DNA from: Gemmatimonadaceae bacterium
Lineage (GTDB): Bacteria > Gemmatimonadota > Gemmatimonadetes > Gemmatimonadales > Gemmatimonadaceae
Length of the DNA stretch: 64,000 bases
Assembly (NCBI GenBank): GCA_051859245.1
Contig: JBHYGA010000005.1
Location: 320,001 to 384,000, forward strand
Direction of reading: 5' to 3'
A model generated the notes under the pieces. The model was not told the DNA's origin, did no database searches, and worked only from the letters and a program-made list of their open reading frames with translations. Below, piece by piece: positions 58,536-64,000 of this stretch (position 1 is its first letter; every line of letters begins with the position of its first letter). Position numbers and translations under genes: made by a program.

Positions 58536-60693
58536 GCCCACCGTACCACTGGCGGCCGGTAAAGCCCGGCCAACCGGCGCCAAGCTGACGGTTCGCCACG
58601 TTGTCCACACCGATGGACAGATCAACACCGGCGCCAACGCTGCGGGCCGCGCGCAGATCAACTCGTGTAAACGCGGGTTGAGTGGACGTGACCACACCAC
58701 TCGCATCGCGCTGCAGCGGCGTGTCACCCGTGTAGAGCAGTGTGGCTGACACACGCGCCCCCAGCAGCTGGCCAGCTGACGCAGACATGCGACCCGACCA
58801 ACGCGGGCGTCCGAGCAATACGCGCGTGGTCAGCACGTCACGTGCATCAAGGTAGGCCACGCCGCTTTCCAGGCGCACTCGACCCGAGGTGAAACCACTC
58901 TCCAGTTCCACACCACGGGTCCGAGCAGACGCGACGTTTCCGTAGGTGTACACGCCCGCGGCTTCCGCCTCAACAAACTCAATGAAGTCGCTCAGTCGAT
59001 TCTCGAATCCGCTGGCGCGCACATACGCACGATCGGCGGCGTACTCAACGTTCAACTGCGCGCTTGTGGACGTCTCGGGGCGGAGTAACTCATTGCCACG
59101 CACCGCATATCCCGCCTGCGCGTTCGCGAACGACAAATACATCTCCTTGAAGTCCGGCGCACGAAACCCGCGGCCAACCGTGGCGCGCACGCTTAAAGCA
59201 TTTACTGGCCGCCAGAGTGCAGCGACACGCGGCGTGGCGTAGTTGCCCCACTGCTCGTTCCACGTAAACCGTACGCCCGGAGTCACCGTGAGCGAACGAC
59301 CGCCCAACGTGATCTGCGCGAACGGTTCTGCGGCGTTAAACGCGCGCCGCAACGAGTCGATTCGATCGGCCACAATCGTCTCGCGTCGCAGCTCGAGGCC
59401 AGCATCAACAATCGCGCCCGCCAGCGGCCCGCTCCATGTGAGCTCAAGCTCCGTCAGTTCCTGGCGATCACGCTCACCGGCATCACTCTGTGGCTGGTCG
59501 AGCGTGCTGGAACGCGCCAGGTGATCAAAGCGCGACCGATACACGAGGACGCCGGCACGGTGCGAGCCCTGCTGCCAATGCGCGCCCAATCGTGCGGATT
59601 GCTGATCGCGATCGGCAAATCGAAACAGCTGCCCGGTGCGATACCGCTGCTGTTCGCCAATGAGCAAGGCACTCGACTCGATGCGCCACGCATCTGAGAG
59701 TTGCACACGCAGCTGCGGCGAGACTTCCTGTCGCTGCGCAAATGTTCCGACATCGCTGGCGACACCAGGCGCCAGCTGCAGTGAACGGATGCCCACGTCG
59801 ACACCGCCACGCACACGATCGGTGCCGGAGAGCAGCGACCCGCTCAGATCCATGCGTCCGCGACTGCCGCCAATCATTTGCAGCGACGCATCCGTGCGAT
59901 CGCCCGAGGCGCGTCGCGTGACAAGATTAATCACACCGCCCATCGCGTCCGAGCCATACAGCGTGGACTGCGGGCCCTTGATGACTTCAATGCGCTCGAG
60001 GTTCGCCGTTGGCAGACGAGACAGATCAAGATTGCCATTGATGCGTCCAACCAGCGGCTGTCCATCAAGCAGAATGAGCACGCGGTTGGTGCCCAGGCCT
60101 TGCAGTTGCACGCCCGCGCCCGCCGGCAGTCCGCCTTCGAGTTGCACGCCCAGCTGTTCCGTCAGCACACTCGCCACATCAGTGGCGCCGCTGCGTTCAA
60201 TCTCCGCACGCGCAACAATCTCAATCGGGACCACGGCGTCTTTCAGTCGCTGCTCACGACGCGCCGCGGTGATGACCGTGGCGTCGAGTTGCAGCGCCAG
60301 CGGCGTCAGTGCAACTCGTGCGGCATTCTGGAGCGATGCGTGCGCACGCGCGCTGATCCGTGTGGTTGAGGGTGCAAAGCCGAGGCGTCGTACCCGCAAC
60401 ACAGCGGTCGCGTCACCAGCCGGGCGAGTTCGCAGCGTGAAGGTGCCGTCACTGCCGCTGAGCGTCTGCACCGTGTCTGCCGATTCGCCGTAGGCAACGA
60501 CTGCCACCACCAGGGCCTCGCTGACCGGCTGACCAGATCGCGCGTCGGTCACGACGCCGTGAACCACTGGCGAAGCGGCGCCTTGCGCGAACAGCGTGTG
60601 CGGTGGCAGCAGGCTGAAAAGCAGTGCGGCAAGCGCCACGCTGACCCGGTGCGAGGCTGTATATGAACGACGGTGCGAAGCGCGAAACGGCAC
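58498..60693 (-). CDS. TonB-dependent receptor (FepA/CirA-like; iron complex, heme or B12 uptake)
   Basis: VITA.R, LIL.DG, ERIEVIKGP.STLYGSDAMGGVIN, GFRAP...E.Y, GN..L.PETS, G.DN. Confidence 0.92.
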   Translation of the reverse strand: MPFRASHRRSYTASHRVSVALAALLFSLLPPHTLFAQGAASPVVHGVVTDARSGQPVSEALVVAVVAYGESADTVQTLSGSDGTFTLRTRPAGDATAVLRVRRLGFAPSTTRISARAHASLQNAARVALTPLALQLDATVITAARREQRLKDAVVPIEIVARAEIERSGATDVASVLTEQLGVQLEGGLPAGAGVQLQGLGTNRVLILLDGQPLVGRINGNLDLSRLPTANLERIEVIKGPQSTLYGSDAMGGVINLVTRRASGDRTDASLQMIGGSRGRMDLSGSLLSGTDRVRGGVDVGIRSLQLAPGVASDVGTFAQRQEVSPQLRVQLSDAWRIESSALLIGEQQRYRTGQLFRFADRDQQSARLGAHWQQGSHRAGVLVYRSRFDHLARSSTLDQPQSDAGERDRQELTELELTWSGPLAGAIVDAGLELRRETIVADRIDSLRRAFNAAEPFAQITLGGRSLTVTPGVRFTWNEQWGNYATPRVAALWRPVNALSVRATVGRGFRAPDFKEMYLSFANAQAGYAVRGNELLRPETSTSAQLNVEYAADRAYVRASGFENRLSDFIEFVEAEAAGVYTYGNVASARTRGVELESGFTSGRVRLESGVAYLDARDVLTTRVLLGRPRWSGRMSASAGQLLGARVSATLLYTGDTPLQRDASGVVTSTQPAFTRVDLRAARSVGAGVDLSIGVDNVANRQLGAGWPGFTGRQWYGGLTWTPNPAAAAR

Positions 60694-60750
60694 GGAGATG
60701 AACGAAGGAGGAAGTCGTCGGCGTCGCCTCGAAGGCGCCAGCCGATGTGT

Positions 60751-60765
60751 TGATAGAAAGACTCA
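60751..60765. promoter_or_regulatory. Weak Fur-like 7-1-7 box upstream of the TonB receptor
   Basis: TGATAGAAAGACTCA, 9/14 match to TGATAATnATTATCA; AT-rich patch in GC-rich DNA. Confidence 0.3.
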
Positions 60766-60902
60766 CCCGCGCGCGCCGCTGTACAACGTGCGAGAGATAC
60801 GGGGGCACTCACTCCGAAACGGTACGCATCCGCGAATCGCGTACTATTACGGAGGCCTGGCTGTGGCGTATCTTTCCCCTCTACCTCCCACCTCCCTATC
60901 AG

Positions 60903-62519
60903 ATGCGCAATCGTCGCAGCTCCGTCGTGATCGCCAGTGCCGCAGCTGCCCGAACCGTTGCTGGGGCCGCGCTCATGGCGCTCGCCGTTGGCACGAGTGG
61001 CGGACCGTTGGCCGCGCAGACGGCAGACTCGCTCGATGTACTGATCGTTGACGGACGCGTCATCGATGGCTCGGGTGGTCCGACGCGAAGCGTCGATGTG
61101 GGAGTGCGAGGCGACCGCATTGTGTTCCTTGGCTCGGCGCCGAGAACGGCGAGACTGACCGCACGTCGTTTGATCAACGCGCGTAGTCTGGTTGTGGCGC
61201 CCGGTTTCATTGATCCGCACGCGCACGTGTTGCTCGAGCTTGGTGATCGGAATCAGAGTGGACTGCCCGGCTATCTGCAGCAGGGCGTGACCACGGTGAT
61301 TACCGGTAACGACGGTGGCGGCCCTGAACGTGTGACTGAAACGCTGTCGCGGTGGGTGCAGAACGGACTCGGTCCGAACGCCGGCGTGCTCGTTGGACAC
61401 GGCACCGTGCGCCAGCGTGTGTTGGGTATGCGAGACGCAGCGCCCGCCGCCGCGGAGCTCGACAGCATGCGCACGCTAGTTCGCACCGCGATGCAAGGCG
61501 GCGCGCTCGGTCTGTCCTCGGGTCTGTATTACGCGCCCGGAAGTTTTGCCACGACAGACGAAGTCGTGGCGCTGGCGCGAGAAGTGGCGCCGTTCGGCGG
61601 TGTGTACGACACGCACATGCGCGATGAATCCAGCTACACGGTGGGATTGCTGGCGTCGCTGCGCGAAGCGTTGCGCGTGGGTCGCGAAGGAGGCGTGCCG
61701 TTACATGTGTCACACATCAAGGCGCTCGGCGTTGATGTCTGGGGCCGAAGCGACAGCATCGTGGCGATTGTTCGCGCCGCACGCGACGCCGGTCAAATGG
61801 TGACCGCCGATCAGTATCCGTATCTTGCGTCCGGCACCGGTCTCGGCGCCGCGATGTTACCGCGCTGGGCCGAAGCTGGCGGGCGCGATTCGTTGGTGCG
61901 GCGACTGACAGACAGTACGATCTTGCCCAGGCTTCGCGCCGAGATGACGGAGAACCTGCGCCGTCGTGGTGGCGCACAATCATTGTTGCTCACATCAGCG
62001 CGTGATACCTCGCTCACCGGGCGCACGCTGGAAGCCATCGCCACGCAGGAAGGCACCGATGCGGTGTCCACCGCCATTCGGATTCTGCTCCGTGAATCGC
62101 CAAGCGTGGCCTCGTTCAACATGACGCAGGCCGACGTTGATGTGCTGGCGGTGGAACCCTGGGTGGTCACGGGCAGTGACGGATCTGGCGGACATCCGCG
62201 CAAGTTCGGTGCGTTTCCCAAGGCGATGCGCGATTTTGTCATGGATCGCTCACTCATGACCATGGAAACGTTTGTTGCCAGGTCAAGCGCCATGACGGCA
62301 CGCATTTTTGGATTGGCCGACCGTGGCCTGATCGCCGAAGGGCAGTTCGCCGATCTGATCGTGTTCGATCCGGCCACCGTTCGTGATCGTTCGACCTATG
62401 TCGATCCGCAGTTGCCCGCGGAAGGCATGCGGTGGGTCTTGGTAAATGGACAGATCGTAATTGAGAACGGGGCACCCACGGCGGCTCGTCCTGGGCGCAC
62501 ATTGCGTCCGACGCGATGA
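60903..62519 (+). CDS. N-acyl-D-amino-acid deacylase (amidohydrolase), exported
   Basis: VIDGSG, APGFIDPHAH, QGVTT, GA.GLSSGL.Y.PG, H.RDE, SHIK, DQYPY.A, GSDG..HPR..G.FP, RG.I..G..ADL..FD. Confidence 0.9.
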   Translation: MRNRRSSVVIASAAAARTVAGAALMALAVGTSGGPLAAQTADSLDVLIVDGRVIDGSGGPTRSVDVGVRGDRIVFLGSAPRTARLTARRLINARSLVVAPGFIDPHAHVLLELGDRNQSGLPGYLQQGVTTVITGNDGGGPERVTETLSRWVQNGLGPNAGVLVGHGTVRQRVLGMRDAAPAAAELDSMRTLVRTAMQGGALGLSSGLYYAPGSFATTDEVVALAREVAPFGGVYDTHMRDESSYTVGLLASLREALRVGREGGVPLHVSHIKALGVDVWGRSDSIVAIVRAARDAGQMVTADQYPYLASGTGLGAAMLPRWAEAGGRDSLVRRLTDSTILPRLRAEMTENLRRRGGAQSLLLTSARDTSLTGRTLEAIATQEGTDAVSTAIRILLRESPSVASFNMTQADVDVLAVEPWVVTGSDGSGGHPRKFGAFPKAMRDFVMDRSLMTMETFVARSSAMTARIFGLADRGLIAEGQFADLIVFDPATVRDRSTYVDPQLPAEGMRWVLVNGQIVIENGAPTAARPGRTLRPTR

Positions 62520-62582
62520 CCGCTAGCGCGTGCGGTGCACACGGCGCAGGTTACGCGAATGTTGACGCCTGCCACTGAGTAA

Positions 62583-63083
62583 ATGATCACCATCCGCACC
62601 GCGACTCCGGCGGACGTGCCACTGATCCTGCGATTTATTCGCGGCCTGGCCGAGTACGAGCGACTCGCGCACGAGTGCGTCGCGACGGAAGCGTCGCTTG
62701 AGCGCACACTGTTTTCCGACAAACCATCGGCTGAAGTGATTCTGGCCTTTGTGGGTAACGCACCAGCCGGATTTGCACTGTTCTTTCACAACTACAGCAC
62801 GTTTCTGGCGCAGCCCGGATTGTATCTGGAGGATCTCTTCGTCGATCCGGCGTTTCGCGGTAACGGCGTGGGGCGTGCGCTGCTGGCGCGTCTCGCAATG
62901 ATTGCCGAGGCGCGGGACTGTGGTCGCTTTGAGTGGTCAGTGCTCGACTGGAACACCGACGCGATACGTTTCTACGAGAAGCTTGGTGCGCGTGGCATGA
63001 CAGATTGGACTGTGCATCGCGTTACGGGAGACGCGCTGCGTCAACTTGCGGCTGAGGGACGGGCAAATGTCGGATCCACGTGA
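62583..63083 (+). CDS. GNAT N-acetyltransferase (SSAT/diamine acetyltransferase-like)
   Basis: LAEYE, NYSTF...GLYLEDLFV.P..RG.G.G, WSVLDWN..AI.FY. Confidence 0.93.
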   Translation: MITIRTATPADVPLILRFIRGLAEYERLAHECVATEASLERTLFSDKPSAEVILAFVGNAPAGFALFFHNYSTFLAQPGLYLEDLFVDPAFRGNGVGRALLARLAMIAEARDCGRFEWSVLDWNTDAIRFYEKLGARGMTDWTVHRVTGDALRQLAAEGRANVGST

Positions 63084-63954
63084 AACGTCGACGCTTTCGC
63101 GTCGTGAACTGCTCGCTTTGTTCGCCGCGGCAAGTGCCGGCGCGATTGCACTGCCACGCGTGGTATCGGCGCTCGAGCGCCGCGCCGATACGCTCGCGGG
63201 CGTGCGCGCCAGACCACCGATTGGCTTGCAACTGTATACGGTGCGCACGCTCATGCAGCGGGATTTGCCGGGTACAATTGCGGCACTCGCAGCGGCGGGT
63301 GTTCGCGACGTGGAGTTTGCGGGCTACTTCAACCGGTCGCCGCAGGATCTCCGGGCTCTGCTCACGCAACATGGCATGTCCGCGCCTGCTGCGCACGTCC
63401 CGATTCCGAACAGCGCAGCTGGCTGGACACCGGTGTTCGATGCGGCCGAAGCGTTGGGGCACAAGTGGCTGGTGATCCCATGGGTTGGCAATGATGTGCG
63501 CGCGTCGCTTGATGGCTGGCGAAAGCTTGCCGAGCAGCTCAATCAAGCGGCCGTAAAGGCTGCGCCGCGCGGCATTCGCATGGCGTATCACAATCACGAT
63601 TTCGAGTTTGCAACGACCGAAGGTCGCGTGGCTTACGACGTCTTTGTGGAGCGACTTGACGCGAAGCTGGTGGATCTCGAACTCGATCTGTATTGGGCGG
63701 TGAAAGCCGGTCAGGATCCGGCGGCGATGTTTGCAAAAATGCCGGGACGCTTTCCGCTTTGGCACGTGAAGGATGCCGGTCCGCCACCGGAACGCGCGAT
63801 GCTTGATGTTGGTGCAGGCACCATCAACTTCGCCGCGCTCTTTGCGATGAGCGAAAAATCCGGGCTCAAGCACGCGTTCATTGAACACGACAACCCGAAG
63901 GATGCGTTGGCCAGCGTGCAGGCCAGCGCGGCCGCGTTGAAAAAGATACCGTAG
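63067..63954 (+). CDS. Tat-exported sugar phosphate isomerase/epimerase (AP endonuclease 2 TIM barrel)
   Basis: SRRELL Tat motif; GLQLYTVR, YHNHDFEF, ELDLYW, HVKD, G.G..NF, EHD. Confidence 0.9.
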   Translation: MSDPRETSTLSRRELLALFAAASAGAIALPRVVSALERRADTLAGVRARPPIGLQLYTVRTLMQRDLPGTIAALAAAGVRDVEFAGYFNRSPQDLRALLTQHGMSAPAAHVPIPNSAAGWTPVFDAAEALGHKWLVIPWVGNDVRASLDGWRKLAEQLNQAAVKAAPRGIRMAYHNHDFEFATTEGRVAYDVFVERLDAKLVDLELDLYWAVKAGQDPAAMFAKMPGRFPLWHVKDAGPPPERAMLDVGAGTINFAALFAMSEKSGLKHAFIEHDNPKDALASVQASAAALKKIP

Positions 63955-64000
63955 CACGCACGGTCTGCAGCGAACCCTCCTCGTCTCCCTCCTTTGTCAC

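Noticed and set aside
60694..60902. Cobalamin riboswitch upstream of the TonB receptor
   Set aside because: No GGGAA/GCCACTG/B12-box core recognisable on the minus strand

Overview
GC-rich, densely coding bacterial chromosomal window with about 54 CDS. The gene repertoire (several SARP/BTAD-TPR regulators, Ig-like lipoproteins, carboxypeptidase-domain TonB receptors, PagL-like protein, DUF1592/DUF1552 cluster, secreted M14/S9 peptidases) suggests a diderm, most likely Gemmatimonadota; this is inference. I found no rRNA, tRNA, CRISPR array, integrase or intact IS. Recognisable genes include ppk1, rocD with a divergent Lrp/AsnC regulator, solA, a cyclophilin, a flotillin operon and a D-aminoacylase. 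Highlights: (1) an uncharacterised, self-contained two-gene unit at 9042-13718. It encodes a ~1226-aa protein with a Gly-zipper hydrophobic hairpin inside Ser/Thr-rich segments plus a 325-aa partner, preceded by a CRP/FNR-like box and a 14-bp palindrome and closed by a long hairpin; it is a candidate pore-forming or assembly system. (2) An identical 16-bp direct-repeat operator, each copy followed 9 nt later by a -10-like hexamer, lies upstream of both lipoprotein genes flanking a SARP/BTAD regulator, outlining a small regulon. (3) An HDOD-GAF protein ends in an IS3-transposase-like HTH. (4) A coupled phosphodiesterase + MGDG-synthase pair may perform lipid remodelling. (5) A periplasmic DUF1592-DUF1552-ankyrin/aldolase/cytochrome c module. 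All family calls come from motif recognition, not database searches, and several starts were moved from the ORF track based on RBS and signal-peptide evidence.
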